Assembly (NCBI GenBank): GCA_965195345.1
Contig: OZ239628.1
Location: 387,940 to 419,939, forward strand
DNA from: an uncultured Thiomicrospira sp.
Lineage (GTDB): Bacteria > Pseudomonadota > Gammaproteobacteria > CAKMZV01
DNA length: 32,000 nucleotides
Direction: 5' to 3'
Part shown: positions 10,465-20,014 of the stretch, one piece after another
Layout of the letters: each line of letters opens with the position of its first letter
Numbering within the stretch: position 1 is the first letter of the stretch
Notes under the pieces: model-generated
The model's input: the letters and a program-made list of their open reading frames with translations, nothing else
The model's database searches: none
Told to the model about the DNA's origin: nothing
Program-made: the position numbers and the translations under genes

Positions 10465-11978
10465 AATTTTATATTCCATTCGACACCAGTGCAGTTTCTG
10501 TAGGAGCAAGCGCGGTGGCTGAGGCTGTGATGAAGGCTTATCCAAACACAACGATTGTACGTAATGGATCACATGGTGCTTTATGGCTTGAGCCTTTGGT
10601 TGAAGTGGAAAGCAAAGGCGTTCGATATGCTTTTGGCAATTGTTCTGTTGAATGCGTTAGCACATTGATTCAAAATGGTGCGATTAATACGCAACATGAA
10701 AACTATCTGGGTGAGACAAAATCTCTTGATTTCTTTGCTAGTCAAAAGCGGGTAGTGTTTGATAAGTGTGGCTGGATTGATCCTTTTGATTTCTCTCAGT
10801 GGTCAGCATATGGAGGAGGCGTTGGTTTAAGACATGCTGTTCAAATATCTGGTCAAGAAATTATAGACAATGTTAAGTCTTCAGGACTGCGCGGACGTGG
10901 AGGCGCAGCGTTTCCAACGGGAATAAAATGGCAGACGGTACATGATGCGCAAGCAGATCAGAAATACATAGTGTGCAATGCCGATGAAGGTGATAGCGGA
11001 ACGTATGCTGATCGAATGCTGATGGAAGGGGATCCACTAACACTCATAGAAGGGATGGCAATTGCTGGCGTTGCAGTCAATGCAACAGTAGGATTTATTT
11101 ACATTCGCTCAGAATATCCAATTGCCATTAAGCACTTTAAGAAAGCCATTCTGTTGGCTTATGAGAACAACATGTTAGGGCGCGATATATTCGGTAGCGG
11201 CAAGCACTTTGATATGGAAATTCGCGAGGGGGCGGGTGCGTATATATGCGGTGAAGAAACATCGTTATTGGAAAGCCTTGAAGGAAAACAAGGCACGATT
11301 CGTTTTAAACCACCATTGCCAGCTTTGGAAGGGATGCTGGGTAAACCAACGGTTGTTAATAATGTCATTAGCCTTGCGAGTTGTCCGTATATATTGTCTA
11401 ATCCGGGAAATTTTGAAAAGCTAGGTTGCAATCGTTCAACAGGAACGTTGACTGTACAACTATGTGGGAATGTTAGACATGGTGGTTTGTATGAAATGGA
11501 ATTTGGTTTTAATTTGAAAGATATGGTTGAGCAGATAGGTGGCGGTACGCTAACTGGCAAACCAGTGCGTACTATGCAAGTAGGAGGCCCGCTTGGTCCG
11601 TATTTGCATCCAGACGAATTTGATACTCCGTGTGATTATGAAGAATATGCAGCGAAGAAGTTGATGATTGGACATGGAGGAGTAGTTGTTTTTGATGATG
11701 ATGTTGATATGAGTGAACAAGCTAAGTTTTCTATGCAATTTTGTGCGGATGAGTCTTGTGGAAAATGCACTCCTTGTCGCATTGGGTCAACGCGTGGGGT
11801 AGAATTGATTGCTGCTATTCAAAAAGGTGAGAAAAGACAGCATTACAAATTAGTTTTAGAAGAATTGTGCGATACGATGGAAAAAACATCTTTATGCGCA
11901 ATGGGGGGGCTGACACCGATGCCCGTTATGTCAGCAGTAAATAAATTCCCTACTGACTTTGGGTTTGAAAAAGATTAG
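10452..11978 (+). CDS. fdsB: NAD-dependent formate dehydrogenase beta subunit (NuoF-like FMN/4Fe-4S)
   Basis: GLRGRGGAAFPTGIKW, CNADEGDSGTYADR, GAGAYICGEETSLLESLEG, ESCGKCTPCRIG. Confidence 0.95.
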   Translation: MDSVKFYIPFDTSAVSVGASAVAEAVMKAYPNTTIVRNGSHGALWLEPLVEVESKGVRYAFGNCSVECVSTLIQNGAINTQHENYLGETKSLDFFASQKRVVFDKCGWIDPFDFSQWSAYGGGVGLRHAVQISGQEIIDNVKSSGLRGRGGAAFPTGIKWQTVHDAQADQKYIVCNADEGDSGTYADRMLMEGDPLTLIEGMAIAGVAVNATVGFIYIRSEYPIAIKHFKKAILLAYENNMLGRDIFGSGKHFDMEIREGAGAYICGEETSLLESLEGKQGTIRFKPPLPALEGMLGKPTVVNNVISLASCPYILSNPGNFEKLGCNRSTGTLTVQLCGNVRHGGLYEMEFGFNLKDMVEQIGGGTLTGKPVRTMQVGGPLGPYLHPDEFDTPCDYEEYAAKKLMIGHGGVVVFDDDVDMSEQAKFSMQFCADESCGKCTPCRIGSTRGVELIAAIQKGEKRQHYKLVLEELCDTMEKTSLCAMGGLTPMPVMSAVNKFPTDFGFEKD

Positions 11979-11995
11979 GAAATCTGGAGATCGCC

Positions 11996-14779
11996 ATGAA
12001 ATATATTGACTTGACAGACTACGGAACGCCTGTTTCAAAAAATACTACTATGGTCAATTTGACTATAGATGGCGTTAATGTTAGGGTTGCAGAAGGGACG
12101 AGTTTGATGCGTGCTGCAATCGAAGGGGGAATTCATATCCCTAAACTGTGCGCAACGGATTCACTTAATCCTTTTGGCTCATGTCGTTTGTGTATGGTTG
12201 AAATAGTCGGTCGTCCTAATCCAGTTGCTTCGTGTCATACGAATGTGACTGAAGGGCTAATTATTCGCACACAAAACGAACAATTGGCGAAGTGGCGTAA
12301 GAATCTTATGGAGTTGTACATATCTGATCATCCTTTAGATTGTTTGACTTGTGCCGCTAATGGCGATTGTGAGCTACAGGATATGGCAGGAGTGGTTGGC
12401 TTGCGTGATGTGCGTTATCCTAAAGGAGGCATAACGCATTTGGAGCAAGAAAAAGACGAATCCAATCCTTATTTCACATTTGACCCAAGCAAGTGTATTT
12501 TGTGCTCTCGTTGTGTGCGTGCTTGCGATGAGGTGCAAGGAACATTAGCGTTAACCATAGAAAAGCGAGGATTTAACTCAAAAGTTTCAGTGGCAAATGT
12601 TGACTTTATGGCTTCTGATTGCGTTTCGTGTGGCGCATGTGTTCAAGCCTGTCCAACAGCTACGTTGATGGAAAAAAGTGTTATTGCATTCGGTTTGGGT
12701 GAGAACAAAACAATTACCACTTGTGCTTATTGCGGAGTAGGTTGTAATTTTGTTGCACACACTCAAGGCGAACAAGTGACGCACATGGTGCCTTATAAAG
12801 ACGGGAAAGCGAACCATGGTCACTCTTGTGTTAAAGGGCGATTTGCTTGGCAATATGCGACCCATGAAGAACGAATAACAAAACCTTTAGTCCGTGAGAG
12901 TATTCATGATGAATGGAGAGAGGTTAGTTGGGATGAAGCTTTTGAGTTTGCTGCAACAAGGTTGAAGAATATCCAAGAAAAATACGGTGTTGATTCGATT
13001 GGAGGTATTACTTCGTCGAGGTGTACTAATGAGGAAACCTATTTGGTGCAAAAACTCGTACGAGCTACTTTTAAAAATAACAATGTTGATACTTGTGCTC
13101 GAGTTTGTCATTCACCCACAGGATATGGACTAAAACGTACTTTTGGAGCATCGGCAGGCACTCAAAATTTTGACTCAGTACAGCATACTGATTTGATCTT
13201 TGTAGTTGGAGCCAACCCTACGGATGCGCATCCAGTGTTTGGATCTCGTATGAAACGTCGTTTGCGTGAAGGGGCGCAGTTAATAGTGCTTGATCCACGG
13301 CAAATAGATTTGGTCAAAAGTCCTCATATTAAAGCGAATGTGCACTTGCCCCTAACTCCAGGAACAAATGTTGCTGTTCTTAATGCTATCGCTCACACGA
13401 TCGTTAAGGAAGGACTGCAAGATCAAGATTTTATAAGCAAACGCTGTGATTTAGACACCTTTAAAGATTGGCTAACCTTTATTCAACATGAAAAAAATGC
13501 ACCTGAGACGATCGCCTCTCAATCAGGACTGGACGTAAATGACATTAAAAAAGCAGCAAGGCTGTATGCTAAAGCACCGAATGCTGCGATTTACTATGGG
13601 TTGGGAGTTACGGAGCATTCGCAAGGGTCTTCAACAGTAATGGCAATAGCTAATTTGGCAATGTTGACAGGGAATATTGGTCGAGAAGGTGTTGGTGTTA
13701 ACCCATTACGTGGACAAAATAATGTACAGGGCGCATGTGATATGGGTTCTTTCCCTCATGAGTTGCCCGGTTATCGTCACGTTGGTGATCCTAAAGTACG
13801 CGAATTATTCGAATCAGAGTGGGATGTTGAATTGTCCGCTGATCCTGGATTGCGCATTCCTAATATGTTTGATGCCGCCACTGCTGGTTGGTACAAAGGC
13901 ATGTATATTCAGGGTGAAGACTTAGTGCAATCTGATCCGAACTCTCATCATGTGATAAAGGCCTTTGAAAACATGGAGTGCGTTATAGTCCATGATCTGT
14001 TTTTGAATGAAACGGCTAAATACGCACATGTTTTTTTTCCAGGAGCTTCCTTTTTGGAAAAAGATGGAACATTTACTAACGCAGAAAGGCGTGTTAATCG
14101 TGTTCGTAAAGTCATGTCACCGTTAGGTGGTATGTCAGAGTGGGAAGTAATCTGTGCTTTAGCAAAAGCAATGGGGTACTCAATGGAGTACAACCATCCT
14201 AGTGAAATCATGGATGAAATTGCGCGAACTACTCCAGGATTTGCTAATGTAAGCTATGACTTGCTTGATGAGAAAGGAAGTATTCAATGGCCTTGCAATG
14301 ACGCATCACCAGAAGGGACGCCTATTATGCACCAAGAATATTTTGTGCTTGGTAAAGGACATTTTATCAATACTGAATACGTGCCCACAAGTGAAAAAAC
14401 CAATCGTAAATATCCCTTATTACTTACTACTGGACGAGTATTGCATCACTATAACGTAGGCACACAAACGAGGCGCACGGCCAATTCAAAGTGGCAACCA
14501 GAAGACATATTAGAAATTCATCCAAGCGATGCGGAGTCAAGAGGTATTGTTGACGATATGCGCGTTGCAGTCACTTCACGCTCAGGTGAAACTTATTTGC
14601 ACGTGCGCGTTTCAGAAAAAATGGAACCAGGTGTTGTTTATACAACTTTTCATTTTCCAGAAAGCAATACCAATGTTATTACTACGGATAATTCAGATTG
14701 GGCAACAAACTGTCCCGAGTACAAGGTGACGGCTGTGGAAGTTCGTCCTCATGATCAGGCTATTCCTAAAGTTGGGTGA
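11996..14779 (+). CDS. fdsA: NAD-dependent formate dehydrogenase catalytic alpha subunit (molybdenum, Fe-S)
   Basis: N-terminal NuoG-like clusters and 2x[4Fe-4S] (CILCSRCVRACDE, CVSCGACVQACP), CAYCGVGCNF, active-site-like CARVCHSPTGYGL, C-terminal molybdopterin-binding region. Confidence 0.96.
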   Translation: MKYIDLTDYGTPVSKNTTMVNLTIDGVNVRVAEGTSLMRAAIEGGIHIPKLCATDSLNPFGSCRLCMVEIVGRPNPVASCHTNVTEGLIIRTQNEQLAKWRKNLMELYISDHPLDCLTCAANGDCELQDMAGVVGLRDVRYPKGGITHLEQEKDESNPYFTFDPSKCILCSRCVRACDEVQGTLALTIEKRGFNSKVSVANVDFMASDCVSCGACVQACPTATLMEKSVIAFGLGENKTITTCAYCGVGCNFVAHTQGEQVTHMVPYKDGKANHGHSCVKGRFAWQYATHEERITKPLVRESIHDEWREVSWDEAFEFAATRLKNIQEKYGVDSIGGITSSRCTNEETYLVQKLVRATFKNNNVDTCARVCHSPTGYGLKRTFGASAGTQNFDSVQHTDLIFVVGANPTDAHPVFGSRMKRRLREGAQLIVLDPRQIDLVKSPHIKANVHLPLTPGTNVAVLNAIAHTIVKEGLQDQDFISKRCDLDTFKDWLTFIQHEKNAPETIASQSGLDVNDIKKAARLYAKAPNAAIYYGLGVTEHSQGSSTVMAIANLAMLTGNIGREGVGVNPLRGQNNVQGACDMGSFPHELPGYRHVGDPKVRELFESEWDVELSADPGLRIPNMFDAATAGWYKGMYIQGEDLVQSDPNSHHVIKAFENMECVIVHDLFLNETAKYAHVFFPGASFLEKDGTFTNAERRVNRVRKVMSPLGGMSEWEVICALAKAMGYSMEYNHPSEIMDEIARTTPGFANVSYDLLDEKGSIQWPCNDASPEGTPIMHQEYFVLGKGHFINTEYVPTSEKTNRKYPLLLTTGRVLHHYNVGTQTRRTANSKWQPEDILEIHPSDAESRGIVDDMRVAVTSRSGETYLHVRVSEKMEPGVVYTTFHFPESNTNVITTDNSDWATNCPEYKVTAVEVRPHDQAIPKVG

Positions 14780-14806
14780 ATACAGGAAACTAAAAGGTAT
14801 TATTTC

Positions 14807-15019
14807 ATGAAACAATCACGATTTGACCCCGATCGCATTGTATCGCTCGCTAATCAAATAGCTGAAAATCAATTTGGTATGAGTGAGACTGAGGCAGTGA
14901 AGATGGTGGCGACGCATATTAATGCTTTTTGGAACTCCAGCATGAAACAAGTTTTACATTCGTTGGACGAAAAAAAACTACACCCATTTTGTGCAAAAGC
15001 GCTTGAAGATATTAACTGA
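14807..15019 (+). CDS. fdsD: Formate dehydrogenase delta subunit
   Basis: FDPDRIVSLANQIAENQF...EAVKMVATHINAFWNSSMKQVL matches the FdsD pattern; directly follows fdsA. Confidence 0.85.
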   Translation: MKQSRFDPDRIVSLANQIAENQFGMSETEAVKMVATHINAFWNSSMKQVLHSLDEKKLHPFCAKALEDIN

Positions 15020-15164
15020 TCTTACCAATAATGTATTTGCTGAACTAAATAGAATGATGAGTGCCGAATCAAAATAAGTTATTCATCGTACTAATGTCCA
15101 TAAAATCGTCATAGAGGGAAGGGTTAACTTTAATCTGTGATTTTAAAACTACTTTTCTAATACT

Positions 15165-16394
15165 ATGTTTTTTTCATGTAATAAGATAAAGAAAGATGTT
15201 TTTAAATCTTCAAAGATGCTTTTTTTGGGAGCATACTTTGTTATTTTATTGTCATCTGCTTTCATGACATTACCCGCGAATGCCGACGAACACGAACAGG
15301 CTACAGAAACCTCAACAAATACTATTCAGCCAAGAGAACAAGCAAAAAAAGAAAATCCAGAGGTGCTGCCCTCTCACTTGCCGATTAAGAATATTCAATT
15401 CACTCCCTCTAAAAAAGAAAAAATTTTCTTTCATCATAACGATGAAAGAGACGAAGAACTTAGGGTGATCATATTGCAACAATTATTTGATCCTCTATTA
15501 TGGGAAAAGGCAAAAGTGAGCGCCATACAGTCAAAAATTGAATCTGCTTATATTGTTTATGATGATTCTAAAGGGGAGCGACAACATAGCCCTGATTTTT
15601 ACGATAGCTTAGAAAGCGCTCTGCTTAAAAAGATGGTTCAAACTACAGATATATCATTCAAAGGATGTGCTTACTCTTGTGTGCAGAAAAAAACAATCAC
15701 CATAACACAAAGTCGCTTGATTATTAGTACGAAGAACTTAAATAGACGCATTCGAAAAGAAATTGAATCGGGTGAAGTACAGGGCATTTTAAAATGGAGT
15801 TTCTTCTCAAATGCAGCTGGCAGTAAAGGAGGAATATCTGTTAGCCTACTCAATGCAAACAATAAGATTGTTTGGACCGATACGATTTTTGCAGACATTA
15901 ATGAGTTAATAGTAGCTGACGAAAACAAAGCGTCAGAAGGTGAAAGCCAATTAGGTATAGCATTGATGAGTCAGAGAATTCAGTTTGAAGAAGGAACGGA
16001 TCCAGTAACAGAATCAAACCAAAATGTTGTGGTGAGTTTTGGTTATAGAGAACGCATTACACCGTTCACCAGACTTAAATATTATTTAGGGGGGCGTGTG
16101 CTGTATAGCACTGGTTTAGCAAATAACTATTTTGCCATTTCAGCGAGTGCTCGTATAGGTTATACCATTTTTAATCTGCCCAAACGCGACGTTGATTTTT
16201 TCATAGGATTCGAGCAAGACCTCATATTAGTTCAAGGATTTAATGGCACACTTGCTGTAGATTGGCAGCTGAGTGATGCTTTTTATTTGCGAGGGATTTA
16301 TGAGCTGCCGTTGGATTCAGAACGCACAGATAATTTTGGTCAAGAGTATACCCTTAGTCCGGGTTTTTTGTTAGAAATGGGGGTTAAACTGTGA
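15165..16394 (+). CDS. Secreted/outer-membrane protein of unknown function; mixed N-terminal domain and C-terminal beta-strand-rich region. First gene of the putative motor cluster; start uncertain
   Basis: Signal-like MLFLGAYFVILLSSAFMTLPANA; alternating amphipathic segments from about ERITPFTRLKYYLGGRVLY to the C-terminus. Its stop overlaps the next gene by 4 nt. Confidence 0.6.
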   Translation: MFFSCNKIKKDVFKSSKMLFLGAYFVILLSSAFMTLPANADEHEQATETSTNTIQPREQAKKENPEVLPSHLPIKNIQFTPSKKEKIFFHHNDERDEELRVIILQQLFDPLLWEKAKVSAIQSKIESAYIVYDDSKGERQHSPDFYDSLESALLKKMVQTTDISFKGCAYSCVQKKTITITQSRLIISTKNLNRRIRKEIESGEVQGILKWSFFSNAAGSKGGISVSLLNANNKIVWTDTIFADINELIVADENKASEGESQLGIALMSQRIQFEEGTDPVTESNQNVVVSFGYRERITPFTRLKYYLGGRVLYSTGLANNYFAISASARIGYTIFNLPKRDVDFFIGFEQDLILVQGFNGTLAVDWQLSDAFYLRGIYELPLDSERTDNFGQEYTLSPGFLLEMGVKL

Positions 16395-16960
16395 ACGGGC
16401 TTAAAATATTATTTATCATCTCTGCAGTGATTTTTTTGTCAGGCTGCAGTTCAACAGAAGAGTTACAAACTTTGGATGCGGGCAGAGCAATCAAAGAGGG
16501 AGACGGTAAGGAAAATCTACCCTCGTCATTAATTGTTGAAAATGGCGTTATTTTTTTTAGAAAAGAAAGTGGTGGTGAAAAAATCGAATTTATTTTTAAT
16601 ATTGGTGAAAATGAAAACATCGAGTACGAGATAGAATTTGCTCCCCCTGAGAAAGAAAAGAGCGATCATCTTCCTGCCCAAAATAGTACCTCTGTAAGTG
16701 GCGAGTCTAAAAAGCTTGCGGATCGATTATTCCTATCTGCACAAGGCTATTTTTTAGAAGGAAATTATCGTCGAGCTTTGGTTGAGGTTAATCGAGCGCT
16801 ACGAGAAGACATGAAGTCTGGACTTCTTTGGGCTTTAAAGGGTTCCATACACTATAAGCTTAATGAATTTGGATTGGCACGCAATGCATGGAGTAAGTCG
16901 CAGGAATTAGACAAAGATATTACAGGCGTTCGAGAAATGTTATTAAAAATAGGGACGTAA
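16391..16960 (+). CDS. Lipoprotein with TPR-like repeats (GTG start)
   Basis: MNGLKILFIISAVIFLSGCSS lipobox; TPR-like AQGYFLEGNYRRALVEVNRALREDMKSGLLWALKGSIHYKLNEFGLARNAWSKSQELD. Confidence 0.75.
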   Translation: MNGLKILFIISAVIFLSGCSSTEELQTLDAGRAIKEGDGKENLPSSLIVENGVIFFRKESGGEKIEFIFNIGENENIEYEIEFAPPEKEKSDHLPAQNSTSVSGESKKLADRLFLSAQGYFLEGNYRRALVEVNRALREDMKSGLLWALKGSIHYKLNEFGLARNAWSKSQELDKDITGVREMLLKIGT

Positions 16961-16988
16961 TTAAGAATTAATTTGTGAGTATGAAACC

Positions 16989-19172
16989 ATGAAAAGTTTT
17001 TTTGTAAAAATCATAGCAAATGTAGTCACTATTTTTGTGATTGCCGTTACGGGGGTACATGCACAAGAGATTGAACGAGCAGGGCAAGTAGATGCCATAA
17101 AGCAGAGTGTTTTTGAGCGGGATTTGGAAAATAATATTAGCAGTGCGCTCAGGTTACAGCTCGGTAGCATTCCTTTTTTGGTTCAAGTGAGTGCTGAATT
17201 GCGCTCGATAAAAACATACGCGATTGATACTGTCTCCATATATCAGCCGAGTTCTGTTGAAGCGCCTTCTCTTGAAAGTAAAAAAACAATTGTGAGACAA
17301 CAGCTGCAAGAAGTTGATGCTGGTAGAACGAATCAAAACATTGATCCTGCTGACGATGGAGGCCAAGGTATTTCAAATGCTTTGCCAGGAGCCCCAATTC
17401 TTTTGACGAATAGTGACGATGGATCTGAGCAAAATCAGCCGAGAAGAAGTCAACCTATAACTGAGGTCATTCAATCAACTGAGCCTATCAGTGAAGCGTC
17501 AGAAAGTCAACCGAGAAGTGTTGGTCGATTTGTGAATACCACCCGTGAAACGTTCATTGAAAGTCATGTGTTAATTGACAGAATTGACGTCAAGCTATGG
17601 CTTCCATCTGATTTGGAACCTAGTAGAATTCGTTTTCTCAAACACTTGGTTTCTGAAAAAGCAAGAATTAATTTAATAAGGGGCGATCAGTTTACAACTA
17701 TTTTAACAAATTTTCCAGAAACTGAAAAAAAGGAAGATACCCTAACAACTAACCAGAATAGCTCAACTGAGTCTATAAATATTGATAATATTGGTCGGAG
17801 AATAGGATTAGATAGAGTAGTAAGTGAGCTGAGTCAAAACAATTGGTTACCTTGGGCGCTTGCTGGGTTACTCTTTTTATGGTTATTGTTTTTGCTTTTC
17901 CGCAAAAAAAGAACCGCGCATCACCAACCGCCGATCGCAACGTACCATCACAGCGATGTTCCATTTAACCCTCCATCATTAACGAACATCAACCCTCCTG
18001 AATCCGCATCTCTTGAAGATAAACAACAAGATCACGAACATAAACAGCGATTGAAAATTCTTAATGAAGACATAGTGAGTAATATCATGCTGCATGAAGG
18101 GTTGTTGCTGAATGCGCTAAATAACCCTAACCTTGCAATAGAAAAAGTACGATTTACGGCTTGGTTGATTAAATTGCTTGGCACAGCCGTGGTTGCAAAG
18201 TATGCATATGATCAGCTTAATGAAAGCGAATTAAAAAACGCGAATGCGTTGCAAGAAGTTATTGAACAAAGCACATTGATAGAACAATGTGAATGGGCAG
18301 CAAAGGTGCATAGAAGCTTACGCGATAGTGAGTCGCTTTCTAATAAAAATATTTCCCAACCTTTTGATTTCTTAAATGAAATGAATGATCAGAAATTGAA
18401 ACGCTTGCTAAATGAAGAGCATGTGCAGGCAAAAGCACTGATACTTTCTCAAATTGATCAACGACGCTCGGCAGCAATCCTTGCTATGTTTTCTGCTGAG
18501 GAACAAGCAAGTATTGCCATAGCAATGGGGAAACTTACGACACTTCCAGTATCTTCATTTCATGACATAGCTAATCAATTAGCTCGTAAGGCTCAAAGCA
18601 TTCCAGAAGTAAATGAGCTTAACATTGATGGAACGGAAGCGCTAGTGCAGATGATAGAGTCCATGGATTTGGCGAATGGAACAGCGTTCCTGAATGAATT
18701 GAGAAAACAAAATCCTGATCAATATTATCGCATTAAGAAATTGTATATGGGCTTTGAGGATATTCCAAAAATTCCGAAGGCTATATTGAAAAACTTTTTG
18801 CGTGAAATTGAACGAGAAGAGTTGGTTACGGCACTGTACGATGAGGAAGATGCTTTTAGAGAACAGTTACTCAGTGCGCTTCCTGATCGAGCAAAGGCAT
18901 TAGTTCAGCAGTTATTGAGTGAAATACAAACACCAACTGCAGCAAAGATTATGCAATCGAAAAAAATGATTAGCACCAAAGCAAGGCAGTTATTGCGAGC
19001 TAAAGTATTTGAATTACCAACAGATGAAGAGACCTTCACAGCGTCTTCAACATCTGAAGCAGGGCTACAAGAAGAGTCTATAGTTCCCTCTATAGAGGTT
19101 GAGTCAAGGCTTTCGGAAGAGTCAAACACAGGGTCAAGAAGCTCCTCAAACCTTAATAACTTAGAAAAATGA
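16989..19172 (+). CDS. Membrane protein: FliF C-terminal-like periplasmic region plus transmembrane helix fused to a cytoplasmic FliG-like region
   Basis: Signal peptide; FliF-like FERDLENNISSALRLQLGSIPFLVQVSAELRS and ...RIDVKLWLPSDLEPSRIRFLKHLVSEKARINLIRGDQFTTILTNFP; single TM WLPWALAGLLFLWLLFLLFRKKR; FliG-like FEDIPKIPKAILKNFLREIEREELVTALYDEEDAFREQLLSALPDRAKALVQQLL. Confidence 0.75.
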   Translation: MKSFFVKIIANVVTIFVIAVTGVHAQEIERAGQVDAIKQSVFERDLENNISSALRLQLGSIPFLVQVSAELRSIKTYAIDTVSIYQPSSVEAPSLESKKTIVRQQLQEVDAGRTNQNIDPADDGGQGISNALPGAPILLTNSDDGSEQNQPRRSQPITEVIQSTEPISEASESQPRSVGRFVNTTRETFIESHVLIDRIDVKLWLPSDLEPSRIRFLKHLVSEKARINLIRGDQFTTILTNFPETEKKEDTLTTNQNSSTESINIDNIGRRIGLDRVVSELSQNNWLPWALAGLLFLWLLFLLFRKKRTAHHQPPIATYHHSDVPFNPPSLTNINPPESASLEDKQQDHEHKQRLKILNEDIVSNIMLHEGLLLNALNNPNLAIEKVRFTAWLIKLLGTAVVAKYAYDQLNESELKNANALQEVIEQSTLIEQCEWAAKVHRSLRDSESLSNKNISQPFDFLNEMNDQKLKRLLNEEHVQAKALILSQIDQRRSAAILAMFSAEEQASIAIAMGKLTTLPVSSFHDIANQLARKAQSIPEVNELNIDGTEALVQMIESMDLANGTAFLNELRKQNPDQYYRIKKLYMGFEDIPKIPKAILKNFLREIEREELVTALYDEEDAFREQLLSALPDRAKALVQQLLSEIQTPTAAKIMQSKKMISTKARQLLRAKVFELPTDEETFTASSTSEAGLQEESIVPSIEVESRLSEESNTGSRSSSNLNNLEK

Positions 19173-19948
19173 AAACACTAATTAGTCGATTAATAGCAAT
19201 GGCTTTGGTAGGGTACGCAGCTTACAGCATTATTGTTTTTCCAGAGCATACAGCTCTTTTTACGCATGCAGAATCAGTGATTTTGGTATTGGGTGGTACA
19301 TTCGCAGCAAGCCTGATGAGCTTTAATATTGAGACAATATTGAAGGCATTTTTAAGCTTTTTTAAAGGTCTTATTTATGCCTCAGACAATCAGTCAAAGA
19401 TCAGAGAAATAAAAGAAATCATTACAATTGCAGAACGCGTTAATGAAACAAACGGATTCGGATGTATTGATGATATGTTAGAACAAAAAAAAAAATATTC
19501 AGATTTTGTGCGATTAGGATTAGAGCTGATTTCTGCGGGTTACAGCGAAGTTGGACTTAGAGTACAGCTAACAAATTTTGCAGATGAACTAGATGAAGAA
19601 GAGCGTTTGATGGAAGACGTTTGGTTTCAATTTGCAAACTATGCTCCAGCTTTGGGAATGGTTGGAACAGTTATAGGGTTGATTCTTATGTTGGATAATC
19701 TTGATGTCAATAGTTTAAATATTGGAGCTGGACTTTCATTGGCACTGTTGACTACTTTGTACGGTGTTTGTATAGCGAACTTTATTTTCAAACCAACTGC
19801 TCGGTTTTTAGCTGAAGAACGATTGAAAAAATCCAGAAATTTAGCACTTTATTTAGAAGCAATGCTAATGGTACAAAAAAAAACAAGTCCAATTTTAATG
19901 AAAGATTACTTAAATAGTAGCTTGCCTATTAAATTGCAATTAAAGTAA
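19169..19948 (+). CDS. MotA/PomA-like stator protein
   Basis: Four hydrophobic segments, ESVILVLGGTFAASL near TM1-2, and ANYAPALGMVGTVIGLILML, typical of MotA TM3. ATGA overlap with the preceding gene. Confidence 0.88.
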   Translation: MKTLISRLIAMALVGYAAYSIIVFPEHTALFTHAESVILVLGGTFAASLMSFNIETILKAFLSFFKGLIYASDNQSKIREIKEIITIAERVNETNGFGCIDDMLEQKKKYSDFVRLGLELISAGYSEVGLRVQLTNFADELDEEERLMEDVWFQFANYAPALGMVGTVIGLILMLDNLDVNSLNIGAGLSLALLTTLYGVCIANFIFKPTARFLAEERLKKSRNLALYLEAMLMVQKKTSPILMKDYLNSSLPIKLQLK

Positions 19949-20014
19949 TGTTAAGAATAAGCCTAAAATCAACTTCTGTGAAGATTGATTTTTCGTAACT
20001 AAGGATACGGCTTC

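Noticed and set aside
11159-11560. 133-aa minus-strand ORF opposite fdsB
   Set aside because: Antisense shadow of fdsB with no independent signal.
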